The notes below the pieces were generated by a model, which was not told the DNA's origin, made no database searches, and saw nothing but the letters and a program-made list of their open reading frames with translations. From an uncultured Pelagibacteraceae bacterium (GTDB lineage Bacteria; Pseudomonadota; Alphaproteobacteria; Pelagibacterales; Pelagibacteraceae), in the NCBI GenBank assembly GCA_902604695.1, contig CACKZT010000003.1, positions 4,685-68,684 on the forward strand: 64,000 bases of DNA, given 5' to 3'. Of the stretch, positions 21,710-30,741 are shown piece by piece (position 1 is the stretch's first letter; each line of letters opens with the position of its first letter). The position numbers were made by a program, and so were the translations under genes.

Positions 21710-22230
21710 TGTTAAAATTATTTTTAAATAGAGTTTATAGAGCTATAAAAATAGAAATCGAGCTTTATGAGGAGGTTGAAAAAGATAGAAACGCTACTAT
21801 TCAAGCTGGAATGGTAGTAGTTTTATCAAGTTTAGCTGCAGGAGTGGGCGCACTTCAGATGGGTATGTCAAATTTTTTACTTGCTCCCGTCATGTCATTA
21901 CTAAGCTGGTATGTATGGGCCTATGTTATTTATTTTGTAGGAGTTAAAATGTTTAGCGGTCCAAAAACTAAAAGTAGTCACGGAGAATTGCTTAGGACAA
22001 TAGGATTCTCAAGCGCACCAGGTTTAATAAGAGTTTTTGGAGTAACACCTGATCTTATGACAGTTACGTTTATAGGTTCAGCATTTTGGATGCTAGCCTG
22101 TATGGTGGTAGCGGTTAAATCTGCTTTAGACTACGACAGTTTATGGAAAGCATTTGGAGTCGTAATTATTGCTTGGTTTTTTCAAGCTTTCTTTTTACTT
22201 TTAGTAATAATTCTGTTTAAAGGTTTTTAA
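21709..22230 (+). CDS. YIP1-like membrane protein
   Basis: YEEVEKD..AT, LLRTIGFSSAPG; multiple TM. Confidence 0.65.
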   Translation: MLKLFLNRVYRAIKIEIELYEEVEKDRNATIQAGMVVVLSSLAAGVGALQMGMSNFLLAPVMSLLSWYVWAYVIYFVGVKMFSGPKTKSSHGELLRTIGFSSAPGLIRVFGVTPDLMTVTFIGSAFWMLACMVVAVKSALDYDSLWKAFGVVIIAWFFQAFFLLLVIILFKGF

Positions 22231-22541
22231 ACAGGAAAAATCAATTTTGAAATATTACAACTTTTACAAATTTTAAATCCATACATTATTAAATTTTGCA
22301 TGACACTTTTATCTTCCGTTTTACACTCTTCGCAAATATTTTCTTGATTGTTAGCTTCTTTTATTACCCAAGCTCTATGGTAAAAGTTATCAACATTTTT
22401 TTGTATTAACTTTTGGGCTAATTCATCAGCCTTTGATTTATTAAGTGGACCGTAAGTTTTTTGAGTGGTTTTGTCTAAAGTTTCAACATTATTTGGATCT
22501 TCATGAATTCCTTCTAGGACAATATATCTATCGAGTAACAT
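22227..22541 (-). CDS. DUF4170-like protein with C-terminal CxxC...CxxC
   Basis: YIVLEG..YGP..VDNFYHR pattern; CEEC and CKSC; start at ATG 22541. Confidence 0.55.
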   Translation of the reverse strand: MLLDRYIVLEGIHEDPNNVETLDKTTQKTYGPLNKSKADELAQKLIQKNVDNFYHRAWVIKEANNQENICEECKTEDKSVMQNLIMYGFKICKSCNISKLIFPV

Positions 22542-22566
22542 AATGAATAATATATCATTAATAATT

Positions 22567-23139
22567 ATGAAAAAAATTATATTTTTTGTCACAATATTCC
22601 TGCTCAATAAAAATATTTATGCAGCTGAATTTAACAAAGCCTATTTTGCTGGAGGTTGTTTTTGGTGTATGGAGGAGTCTTTTGATAAAGTGGAAGGTGT
22701 GGTCGATACGATTTCGGGCTACTCAGGTGGACATTTAAAAAACCCTACTTACCAAGACGTTATTTATAAGGACACTGGCCATGTTGAAGCAATTCAGATC
22801 ACTTATGATAGTGAAAAAATATCATACGATCAGTTGTTAAATATTTTTTGGAAAAATATTGATCCTTTTGATAAGTATGGTCAATTCTGCGATAAAGGAA
22901 AAAGTTATCGATCCGTTTTATTTTTTCAAAATAATAAGCAAAAAAAAATCATTGAAAAATCAATAAATAAAGTTGAAAAAAGATTTAATTCTAAAGTTGT
23001 TACTTTAGTTTGGGAATTCGATAAGTTTTATGATGCGGAAGATTATCATCAAGATTATCATCAAAAAAATTTTTTAAAATACCTCTCATATAAAAAAGCG
23101 TGCCAAAGAGAGGAGATACTTAATTTAATATGGAATTAA
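22567..23139 (+). CDS. msrA: Peptide-methionine (S)-S-oxide reductase with N-terminal signal peptide
   Basis: AGGCFWCME, TGHVEA, GQFCD, AEDYHQDY; MKK-hydrophobic-AA leader. Confidence 0.92.
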   Translation: MKKIIFFVTIFLLNKNIYAAEFNKAYFAGGCFWCMEESFDKVEGVVDTISGYSGGHLKNPTYQDVIYKDTGHVEAIQITYDSEKISYDQLLNIFWKNIDPFDKYGQFCDKGKSYRSVLFFQNNKQKKIIEKSINKVEKRFNSKVVTLVWEFDKFYDAEDYHQDYHQKNFLKYLSYKKACQREEILNLIWN

Positions 23140-23585
23140 AAAAATTTTTTTTTATTATAATTTTTATTTTTTCACCAAGTTTTTTGTTTGCTGATCTAAT
23201 TAAGCCTGATAGTAAATTGAATCCTCTTGATGTTGTAAAAATTCAATTAAACGCTCTAAAAAATAATAATGATAAAGATTTTGGAATAAAACAAACTTGG
23301 CTTTTTGCCCATCCAGCAAATAAAAAAATGACAGGTCCTTATGAGAGATTTAAAGCTATGATTTATGGTCAACAGTATAAGTTTTTATTAAATCATAATT
23401 CACATAAAATAAATTTAGTAATGAACACTTCTAAAAAGCACATCTATGAAATTGAAATTTTATCAAAAAATAAAGAGGTAGTTGTTTACGAGTGGCATAT
23501 TCAAAGAGGAAGTGAGCAAAAATGTAAAAATTGTTGGTATACTTCTGTAGTTACTCCACCAGTAGATCAAGAAAACACAATATGA
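23130..23585 (+). CDS. Exported protein, DUF4864-like
   Basis: Signal peptide; QLNAL..GI..FAHP.N..GPYERF..M..Y..L; CW.TS.V. Confidence 0.55.
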   Translation: MELKKFFFIIIFIFSPSFLFADLIKPDSKLNPLDVVKIQLNALKNNNDKDFGIKQTWLFAHPANKKMTGPYERFKAMIYGQQYKFLLNHNSHKINLVMNTSKKHIYEIEILSKNKEVVVYEWHIQRGSEQKCKNCWYTSVVTPPVDQENTI

Positions 23586-23782
23586 AGCGTCCTCCTTTTT
23601 TATATCGATATTTAATTGTTGGTAGCATACTTGTAATCCCACCAATATTAAGCACTCATTACGGTTCTATTTATTTAGGTAAAGAAAATGGAGTTCTATT
23701 AGGTTTTTGTGTTGGCATTCCTTGCGTGGCTTTTGCTTGTTGGAAACTCTATATCGATGATTGGAGGGATGACGAAGATTAA
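23582..23782 (+). CDS. Small 2-TM hypothetical protein
   Basis: ATGA/TAATG coupling to both neighbours; two hydrophobic segments and an acidic tail. Confidence 0.6.
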   Translation: MKRPPFLYRYLIVGSILVIPPILSTHYGSIYLGKENGVLLGFCVGIPCVAFACWKLYIDDWRDDED

Positions 23783-24918
23783 TGCAATTCGAAATATCAA
23801 GAAGTGGAGCTTTAAAAAAGCTTGATAATTTTATCAATGCTGAATTACTTAATTATAACTTTAAAAGAAATTTTGATTTAGGTCCTGAGGATAAATCAAA
23901 TGTATCTTGTTTATCTCCTTACATTAGTCACAGATTAATAACTGAATATGAGGTTGCTAAAATTGTTTTAGCAAAATTTCCTTATCAAAAAGTTGAAAAA
24001 TATATTCAAGAAATTTTTTGGAGAGTTTACTGGAAAGGTTGGTTAGAACTTAGACCTCAAGTATGGTCAGATTTTACTGAGGATTTAAAAGCAATTAAGG
24101 AAGATGATAATTATAAAAAGGCTACTAATGGTGAAACTCAAATTAAATGTTTTAATGATTGGGTAAATGAACTTAAAGAAAATAATTATTTACATAATCA
24201 TACAAGGATGTGGTTTGCGAGTATTTGGATATTTACCTTAAACTTACCCTGGCAAAAAGGTGCAGAGTTTTTCATGAAACATTTATTTGATGGTGATGCT
24301 GCTTCAAATACTTTGAGCTGGAGATGGGTTGCTGGACTACAAACTAAGGGCAAGCATTACGTAGCTCAAGCCTGGAATATTAGTAAATTTACAAATAATA
24401 AGTACCAAAATGTAAAATTAAACGAAAATGCTTTGCCGCTAACAGATAATAGAGAGTACAAATTGAGCCTAATAAATTTAGATTATGATGATAACGCTAA
24501 TGAAAATTTACTTGTTTTTGAAAACGAATTAAATTTAGAAAATCATAAACTAAAAAACTATAAAAATATTTATTTAATTTTACTAACTAATGAAGTTAGA
24601 AAGATCAAACTTGAGAAAAAAGTCTTAGATTTCAAAACAAAAATAGTTAATGATCAAAAAAGAAGACTTGATCAAATTAAAATACTTAATGAGATAGAAT
24701 TTCAATCTTTAGCTAAAGAAGTACTATCTTTTGATGTTATTCATCCTAGTATTGGCGAAAATTATTCCTTTTTAAATAATATTAGAAAAAAACAGAGTTT
24801 AAATCTAAGCTTTATTTTAAAAGAGGAAGACAAATTTTCCTGGCAGTTTTCAAATAAAGGATATTTTAACTTTAAAAATAATATTCCAAGTATTCTTTCG
24901 AAATTTAAATTAAGTTAG
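23782..24918 (+). CDS. DNA photolyase-family protein with N-terminal FAD domain (inverted-domain, NewPHL-like)
   Basis: VSCLSPYI, YLHNHTRMWFASIW, DGDAASNTLSWRWVAGL all lie in the N-terminal half of only 378 aa. Confidence 0.8.
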   Translation: MQFEISRSGALKKLDNFINAELLNYNFKRNFDLGPEDKSNVSCLSPYISHRLITEYEVAKIVLAKFPYQKVEKYIQEIFWRVYWKGWLELRPQVWSDFTEDLKAIKEDDNYKKATNGETQIKCFNDWVNELKENNYLHNHTRMWFASIWIFTLNLPWQKGAEFFMKHLFDGDAASNTLSWRWVAGLQTKGKHYVAQAWNISKFTNNKYQNVKLNENALPLTDNREYKLSLINLDYDDNANENLLVFENELNLENHKLKNYKNIYLILLTNEVRKIKLEKKVLDFKTKIVNDQKRRLDQIKILNEIEFQSLAKEVLSFDVIHPSIGENYSFLNNIRKKQSLNLSFILKEEDKFSWQFSNKGYFNFKNNIPSILSKFKLS

Positions 24919-25050
24919 TTTGCTTAATTTTGAGCACTTTTTAGAGCAATATTTTACCATCTCCCAATTCAATCTCCATTTTTTTCTCCAAGAAAATGTT
25001 CTATTGCAAACTGGACAGTTTTTTTTAGGAAGATCAGATTTTTTTATCAC
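24910..25050 (-). CDS. DUF2256 family small Cys-rich protein (46 aa, not in ORF track)
   Basis: Translated by hand: MIKKSDLPKKNCPVCNRTFSWRKKWRLNWEMVKYCSKKCSKLSKLT; GTG start overlaps the upstream TGA. Confidence 0.85.
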   Translation of the reverse strand: MIKKSDLPKKNCPVCNRTFSWRKKWRLNWEMVKYCSKKCSKLSKLT

Positions 25051-25394
25051 TTAAGAAGATGTTTGTTTTTTAGAAATAAAAAATAAGCCGCTATCTCATA
25101 AAAAATATTTAATAAAAAAAACAGAGGTTTAATCTTAAATATTTTGTATAATAAATTATACTTAGGTATATTTTTCCATATAATTAAAAATACTTCAGCT
25201 CCTTGGATCAATTTTCCATCTTGTATTACATGCATTCTTCGTAAAAGTTCTTTATATGATTTTGAGGTAATTTTTTGAGCTTCTTGATTGTCAGTAACAT
25301 CTACCCATTCAACGTTACCCTCACTATGTTTTTTATAATGATTTATCTCAGCTCTACAGATATTACATGAGTTATTAAAAAAAACTTTAACCAT
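25047..25394 (-). CDS. DCC1/DUF393 thiol-disulfide oxidoreductase family protein
   Basis: VFFNNSCNIC (CxxC), RRMHV, GAEVF. Confidence 0.8.
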   Translation of the reverse strand: MVKVFFNNSCNICRAEINHYKKHSEGNVEWVDVTDNQEAQKITSKSYKELLRRMHVIQDGKLIQGAEVFLIIWKNIPKYNLLYKIFKIKPLFFLLNIFYEIAAYFLFLKNKHLLK

Positions 25395-26868
25395 TAGTAT
25401 TTTCTTTTATAAAGTTATTTGCTGCTTTGAAAATCCTTGTTTTTCTTTCTTTATTCATTTTTTCAGAAACTCTTACCATCATTGCAAGACGTGGATTTTT
25501 TAAAAAGAATTTTTTATGTCTGTCTATAAATTTCCAATATAATCCATCCATCACATCGCACCAAGGACCCTTTTTAAAATGCATCATCTTAAGGAAATAA
25601 CTCGACCCACATATATATGGTTTTGTAGCAAAAATTCCTCCATCACTGTGAAGTCCCATTCCATAAACATTTGGAGCCATAACCCAATCAGAAGAGTCCA
25701 CAAACATTTCCATGAACCACCTATAAACTTGTTTTGGGTTTATTTCACATAAGTTCATAATATTTGCTAATATCATTAATCTTTCTATATGATGTGACCA
25801 ACCATAATTTTTAGCATTATTAATTGCATGATCTAAAGGATCTAGACCAGTGTTTCCATCGTACCAAGGTTTTTTCATTTTTCTTTTGTGATTAAAAAAA
25901 TTAGTTTTATCTAATCTCTGATCGTAGTTTTGGTAAATACCTCTCATGAATTCTCTCCAACCAATTATCTGCCTAATATAACCTTCTAAAGAGTTCATGG
26001 GCACTTTATTCTCTATCTTTTTTAACTTTTCTATTATTTCCTCAGGAGTGATTAAACCTAAATTAATAAGAGGACTTAGAGCACTATGAAAAACAGTATT
26101 AGATTTATCCGTAACTGCGTCCTCATAGTCCCCAAATAGTTTTATTCTTTCTTTTAAAAATTCATCAAGCCATTTGTTTGCATCTTTTCTAGTGGTTGGA
26201 AACCAAAAATTATTAGTATTTCCCGGATGATCTTTAAAGTTAGAATTTATAAATGTTTTAAGTATTACAGTATTTTTTGTCTCCTTTACTTTAGAAATTT
26301 CAGGGACCTTAATTTTATTTGGAAGTTTTTTTCTATTTTCATCATCAAAACTCCATTTATCTCCCTTAGGTGTTCCATTTTTATTCATTAACAAGTTAGT
26401 TTTTGTGCGAACAATTTTATAAAAATTAGCCATGAAAGGTCTTTTATTTTTATTAAGATAACTTTTAAATTCATCTCTTCCAATTAAAAACATAGGAGAT
26501 TTTATTTGATTTATTTTTAATGAATTCCTCTTGCTAAGATTTAATATTTTCTTCTCAAAAAATTTATCTTCTATTTCAAAAAATGAAATCTCTTTTATTT
26601 TTTTTTCCTTGAGAATTTTTTCGAGTTTTTTTTCATACGATAGTTTGAAATCATCATTTAAATCCTTATAGACTAAATTAAAATTTTTTGATTTAAGCTC
26701 TTCTTTAAAAGACCTCATTGAAGATAAAAATAACAAAATTTTTAACTTATGATGTTTTTCAAAAGTACACAGACCATAGTCCTCAGCTATAAAAAAGATA
26801 TGATCTTTAAAATTACTTAGGTATTTTGTATTAAATAATTGATTTCCAAGAATTAAAAATAGCTTCAT
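25387..26868 (-). CDS. Bacterial (6-4) photolyase/cryptochrome of the PhrB/CryB clade
   Basis: LILGNQL, HKLKI..SMR.F, KWSFDDENR, FGDYEDA, RQIIGWREF, HHIERLM, KPY; start at ATG 26868. Confidence 0.88.
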   Translation of the reverse strand: MKLFLILGNQLFNTKYLSNFKDHIFFIAEDYGLCTFEKHHKLKILLFLSSMRSFKEELKSKNFNLVYKDLNDDFKLSYEKKLEKILKEKKIKEISFFEIEDKFFEKKILNLSKRNSLKINQIKSPMFLIGRDEFKSYLNKNKRPFMANFYKIVRTKTNLLMNKNGTPKGDKWSFDDENRKKLPNKIKVPEISKVKETKNTVILKTFINSNFKDHPGNTNNFWFPTTRKDANKWLDEFLKERIKLFGDYEDAVTDKSNTVFHSALSPLINLGLITPEEIIEKLKKIENKVPMNSLEGYIRQIIGWREFMRGIYQNYDQRLDKTNFFNHKRKMKKPWYDGNTGLDPLDHAINNAKNYGWSHHIERLMILANIMNLCEINPKQVYRWFMEMFVDSSDWVMAPNVYGMGLHSDGGIFATKPYICGSSYFLKMMHFKKGPWCDVMDGLYWKFIDRHKKFFLKNPRLAMMVRVSEKMNKERKTRIFKAANNFIKENTNG

Positions 26869-26953
26869 GAGTACCAAAATATAGAATTTTAAGTAGAAAT
26901 ACACGCGTCATTATTTGCCTATTATATTGTGAAAATAGTGTTAAAAAACCCTT

Positions 26954-27664
26954 ATGAAAAAATTAATTTTAGGTGCAACAGGTTCTATCGGGTCCTCTTT
27001 GGCAAAAAAAATTGTAGAAGATGGAGGTGAAGTTCATTTAGTTGGCAGAAACCAGTCTGAATTGTCCGGCTTAGCTACTCAATTAAATTCAACTTTTACA
27101 ACGTGTGATGTATTAGAAGAAAATTTTTCAGATAAAATTTTTGAAGATTTAGGAGATACTCCAATAAATGGTTTGGCGTATTGCGTCGGCTCAATTGATT
27201 TGAAACCAATAAAGATGACTAAAAAAAGTGATTACATGCAATCTTTTAACCTAAATCTAATTTCAGCAACAGAAATTATTAGGCGATCAGCAGACAACTT
27301 AAAACAAAATAAAGGGTCAATAGTTTTATTTTCTACCGTTGCTGTTAAAAGAGGATTTACAAATCATAGTATTGTTGCATCTGCCAAAGGAGCTGTAGAA
27401 GGTCTTACTGTATCTTTAGCGGCTGAATTTGCTCCCCATATTAGAGTTAATTGTATTGCTCCGAGTTTAACAAAGTCAAAAATTTCAAATTTTTTATTAA
27501 AAAATGAAAAAATTTTAGAAGGTATAGCAAAAATGCATCCACTTAAAAGAATCGGTGAAGGTAGCGATTCTTCTTCTGTAGCTAATTTTTTATTAAGTGC
27601 TAATAGCTCTTGGATAACTGGTCAAATTTTTGGAGTAGATGGAGGTAGATCGTCTTTAACATAA
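26954..27664 (+). CDS. Atypical SDR oxidoreductase
   Basis: GATGSIG, YCVGSIDLKP, IRVNCIAPSLT, ITGQIFGVDGG; VASAK in place of YxxxK. Confidence 0.8.
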   Translation: MKKLILGATGSIGSSLAKKIVEDGGEVHLVGRNQSELSGLATQLNSTFTTCDVLEENFSDKIFEDLGDTPINGLAYCVGSIDLKPIKMTKKSDYMQSFNLNLISATEIIRRSADNLKQNKGSIVLFSTVAVKRGFTNHSIVASAKGAVEGLTVSLAAEFAPHIRVNCIAPSLTKSKISNFLLKNEKILEGIAKMHPLKRIGEGSDSSSVANFLLSANSSWITGQIFGVDGGRSSLT

Positions 27665-28182
27665 TGTATAAAAGAATTTTATTTATAATTATATTTTGCC
27701 TCACTTCACAATTAGTTTTTGCTGCAGGTGGGGATAGTGACTCTAGTAGCGATAATTATTTAGATCAATACACGACCGCAAAAAATTTAGTTAACAAAGG
27801 AAAAAAATTTGAAAAAAAAGGAAAAAAAGAAAAAGCAATGAAGTTATATGACTCTGCTTATAAAAAACTTTTAGAAGCTCAAAAAATAGAAAGTAGAAAT
27901 CCTGATATTTTGAACTATTTAGGTTTTACTTCTAGAAAAATGGGTAATTATAATGAAGCAGAAAAATATTATTTAAAAGGATTAAAGATCAAACCAGATC
28001 ATAATGGTATAAATGAATATTTAGGAGAACTCTATATTAAAACTAATCGTAAAGATAAAGCCAAAGAGAGACTCGCAGTTTTAAAAAAATGTAATTGCAA
28101 AGAGTACGATGAGTTAAAAGCTCTTATGGGTAGTAATTTAAAAATATCTGGTGAATTAAAAGTTCTTATGGGTAATAATTAG
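27664..28182 (+). CDS. Exported tetratricopeptide repeat protein
   Basis: Signal peptide; DILNYLGF.SRK.G..EAEKYY..GL...PDH....EYLGELY. Confidence 0.8.
   Translation: MYKRILFIIIFCLTSQLVFAAGGDSDSSSDNYLDQYTTAKNLVNKGKKFEKKGKKEKAMKLYDSAYKKLLEAQKIESRNPDILNYLGFTSRKMGNYNEAEKYYLKGLKIKPDHNGINEYLGELYIKTNRKDKAKERLAVLKKCNCKEYDELKALMGSNLKISGELKVLMGNN
28111..28182 (+). repeat. Imperfect direct repeat (about 30 bp unit, 42 bp period) at the 3' end of the TPR gene
   Basis: gagttaaaagctcttatgggtagtaattta versus gaattaaaagttcttatgggtaataattag. Confidence 0.8.
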
Positions 28183-28556
28183 GAAATATCAATTGCGTAT
28201 TTCTTAAGGTCTTCAAGCTTGATAATTTCTAAAGTTTTTATATTAGTTTTTTTGAGAAAAATTGAGCAAGCAGCATTTTCTTCCAAAGCTTTTAAATACC
28301 ATGTTGCACATACACACCAACAGTCGCCTTCTTTAAGTCCAGGAAAACCAAATTCAGGATGAGGAGTAATTAAATCATTTCCCACTTTTTTCGACCACTG
28401 TAAAAATTTATCTGAAACTTTAGCACAAACAGTATGTATTCCTTGATCGTTTTTATCTGTGTTGCAACAGCCATCTCTTAGCCATCCTGTTAAAGGTTTA
28501 TTAGAACAAGGCTCTAGTGGCTCCCCATAAACATTTTTTTGTTTTTCTTCATTCAT
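28179..28556 (-). CDS. DUF2237 family protein
   Basis: NVYGEPLEPCS..PLTGW.RDGCC, HTVCA, GNDLITP..FPGLKEGDCWCVCA. Confidence 0.88.
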   Translation of the reverse strand: MNEEKQKNVYGEPLEPCSNKPLTGWLRDGCCNTDKNDQGIHTVCAKVSDKFLQWSKKVGNDLITPHPEFGFPGLKEGDCWCVCATWYLKALEENAACSIFLKKTNIKTLEIIKLEDLKKYAIDIS

Positions 28557-28567
28557 GATTAATATTT

Positions 28568-29035
28568 TTATAATTTTGTGGGATTTGTCTGATCTTTATA
28601 AACTTTCTTTGGATCAAACTTTTTTTGTTTTTCTTTAAGCTCAAGTTTAATTTCATTTAAATTTTTAATTGGGCCAAGTTTAATAGATCTATAAAAGCAA
28701 GATTTATACCCGACATGACAACTTGCACCATCACCAATATCAACTGTCATCCACAAAGAATCTTGGTCATCATCAATTCTTAAATCTACAACTTTTTGAA
28801 TAAAACCACTTGTTTTTCCTTTATGCCATAGAGCATTTCTAGATCGACTCCAATAACAAGCTTCTTTTTTTTCAATTGTATATTTTAAAGATTCTTCATT
28901 CATAAAACCTTGCATTAGAACTTCACCTGACTTGTAATCAGTAGTAGTTACAGGGATAAGGCCATTTTTATCAAATTTGGGAGATAACAAATTACCCTCT
29001 TCAACCTCAAAAACACTTTCTCTTTTTTTAAACAT
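28568..29035 (-). CDS. hisI: Phosphoribosyl-AMP cyclohydrolase
   Basis: YWSRSR..LWHKGKTSG, DDDQD, SCHVGYKSCFYR; start at ATG 29035. Confidence 0.92.
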   Translation of the reverse strand: MFKKRESVFEVEEGNLLSPKFDKNGLIPVTTTDYKSGEVLMQGFMNEESLKYTIEKKEACYWSRSRNALWHKGKTSGFIQKVVDLRIDDDQDSLWMTVDIGDGASCHVGYKSCFYRSIKLGPIKNLNEIKLELKEKQKKFDPKKVYKDQTNPTKL

Positions 29036-29110
29036 GGGCGTAAAATAATGAAAAAAAGACAAAATAGCAATTTGCATTAATGATTTATGTACTATAAAAA
29101 TGGTCGCTAT

Positions 29111-29719
29111 ATGAAATTAGTCAAAGACTTAGATAAAACTGTATCAAAAAAACCAGAAGTTACTGACAAGCAAGCAGAGGATGCTTTTAGGACCATATTA
29201 TCATGGATCGGAGAAAACCCTAATAGAGAAGGTTTAATAGAAACTCCGAAGAGAGTTGTTAAAGCATTCAAAGAATATTTTAAAGGTTATAATTCAGATC
29301 CTTCTCTAGAACTTAATAAAACTTTTGGAGATGTAGATGGATATGATGATATGGTTATTGAAAAAAATATTACATTAGAAAGTCATTGTGAACATCACAT
29401 GGCACCAATAATCGGAGTTGCGCATTTAGCTTATATTCCCAATAAAAAAGTAGTTGGCCTAAGCAAACTTGCAAGAACTGTTGAAATTTTTTCTAAAAGA
29501 CTACAAACACAAGAGAGACTTACTATGCAAATAGCAAAAACTTTAATGAGCAGTCTTGAAGCCAAGGGAGTAGCAGTAACAATTGATGCAGCTCATCAAT
29601 GTATGACAATGAGAGGTGTCAAAAAAGAAAAAGCAACAACAGTAACAAATTATTTTTTAGGCTCTTTTAAAGAAGATTTAGGTTTTCAAAATAGATATTT
29701 AAAATATATAGCAAAGTAA
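29111..29719 (+). CDS. folE: GTP cyclohydrolase I
   Basis: SHCEHH, VGLSKLAR, RLQTQERLT, HQCMTMRG. Confidence 0.96.
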   Translation: MKLVKDLDKTVSKKPEVTDKQAEDAFRTILSWIGENPNREGLIETPKRVVKAFKEYFKGYNSDPSLELNKTFGDVDGYDDMVIEKNITLESHCEHHMAPIIGVAHLAYIPNKKVVGLSKLARTVEIFSKRLQTQERLTMQIAKTLMSSLEAKGVAVTIDAAHQCMTMRGVKKEKATTVTNYFLGSFKEDLGFQNRYLKYIAK

Positions 29720-29720
29720 T

Positions 29721-30722
29721 ATGTCAGAAAAATTTAAAGCTGTTATTATTGATAACAAAGAAGAAAAATTCTCAAGAGAAATTAAAGAAATTGAATTAGA
29801 CACACTTAAAGATGGTAACGTTTTAGTTAAAGTTGACTTTTCTAGCCTTAACTATAAAGACGCTTTAATATTAAACAATGGAGGAAAAATTGTAAGAAAA
29901 TTTCCTTTTGTTCCTGGTATAGATTTTTCTGGAACAGTTATAAGCAGTGAAGATAAAAACTTTAAAAAAGACGATAAAGTTATTCTTACAGGTTTTAGGG
30001 TTGGGGAAGCATATTTTGGAGGTTTCTCTCAATTTGCAAAAGTTGACTCAAATTTTTTAATAAAAATTCCTAAAGATTTAGATAGTCGCAAATCTATGAT
30101 GTTGGGCACAGCAGGATTTACTGCTTTGCTTTGTGCATTTGCTGTGAAAGCAAAGGAGGAATTACTATTAGGAGAGAAAGTAAAAGACGTGTTAGTAACT
30201 GGAGCAACGGGAGGTGTAGGAAGTATAGCTGTAATGATACTATCGAAGATGGGTTACGATGTTCACGCGGTAACAGGAAAAAAAGATAAAAATGATTATC
30301 TAAAAAACCTTGGAGCAAAAAATATAATTGATAGAAAAGAATTTGAGGGAGAAAGCAAATTATTAGAAAAGGGTGTATGGGACGGAGTAGTTGATACAGT
30401 TGGAGGAGCTGCTCTTACAAAAATTTTTGCTCAGACAAAACCAGGCGGAATAGTTGCAGCGTGTGGAAATGCAGGTGGAATAAAAATTAATACAAGCGTT
30501 ATGCCATTTATAATTAGAGGTGTTAAATTATGGGGTATCGACTCATCTGGCTCATCTATAAAGCGAAGAGAATTTATTTGGAATGAGGCTGCCAAACTAA
30601 TTGATTTTGTAAAACTTGATTCATTTACAAAAGAACTATCATTTACTGAACTTTTAGAAACCTATCCTAAACTATTAAAAGGTGAGTTTTTTGGAAGAGC
30701 TATAGTAAATCCAAATAAATAA
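29721..30722 (+). CDS. acuI: YhdH/AcuI family acryloyl-CoA reductase
   Basis: SSLNYKDAL, PGIDFSGTV, GTAGFTA, TGATGGVGS, PFIIRGV.LWGIDS. Confidence 0.82.
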   Translation: MSEKFKAVIIDNKEEKFSREIKEIELDTLKDGNVLVKVDFSSLNYKDALILNNGGKIVRKFPFVPGIDFSGTVISSEDKNFKKDDKVILTGFRVGEAYFGGFSQFAKVDSNFLIKIPKDLDSRKSMMLGTAGFTALLCAFAVKAKEELLLGEKVKDVLVTGATGGVGSIAVMILSKMGYDVHAVTGKKDKNDYLKNLGAKNIIDRKEFEGESKLLEKGVWDGVVDTVGGAALTKIFAQTKPGGIVAACGNAGGIKINTSVMPFIIRGVKLWGIDSSGSSIKRREFIWNEAAKLIDFVKLDSFTKELSFTELLETYPKLLKGEFFGRAIVNPNK

Positions 30723-30741
30723 TCTATAATTATAATCAACA

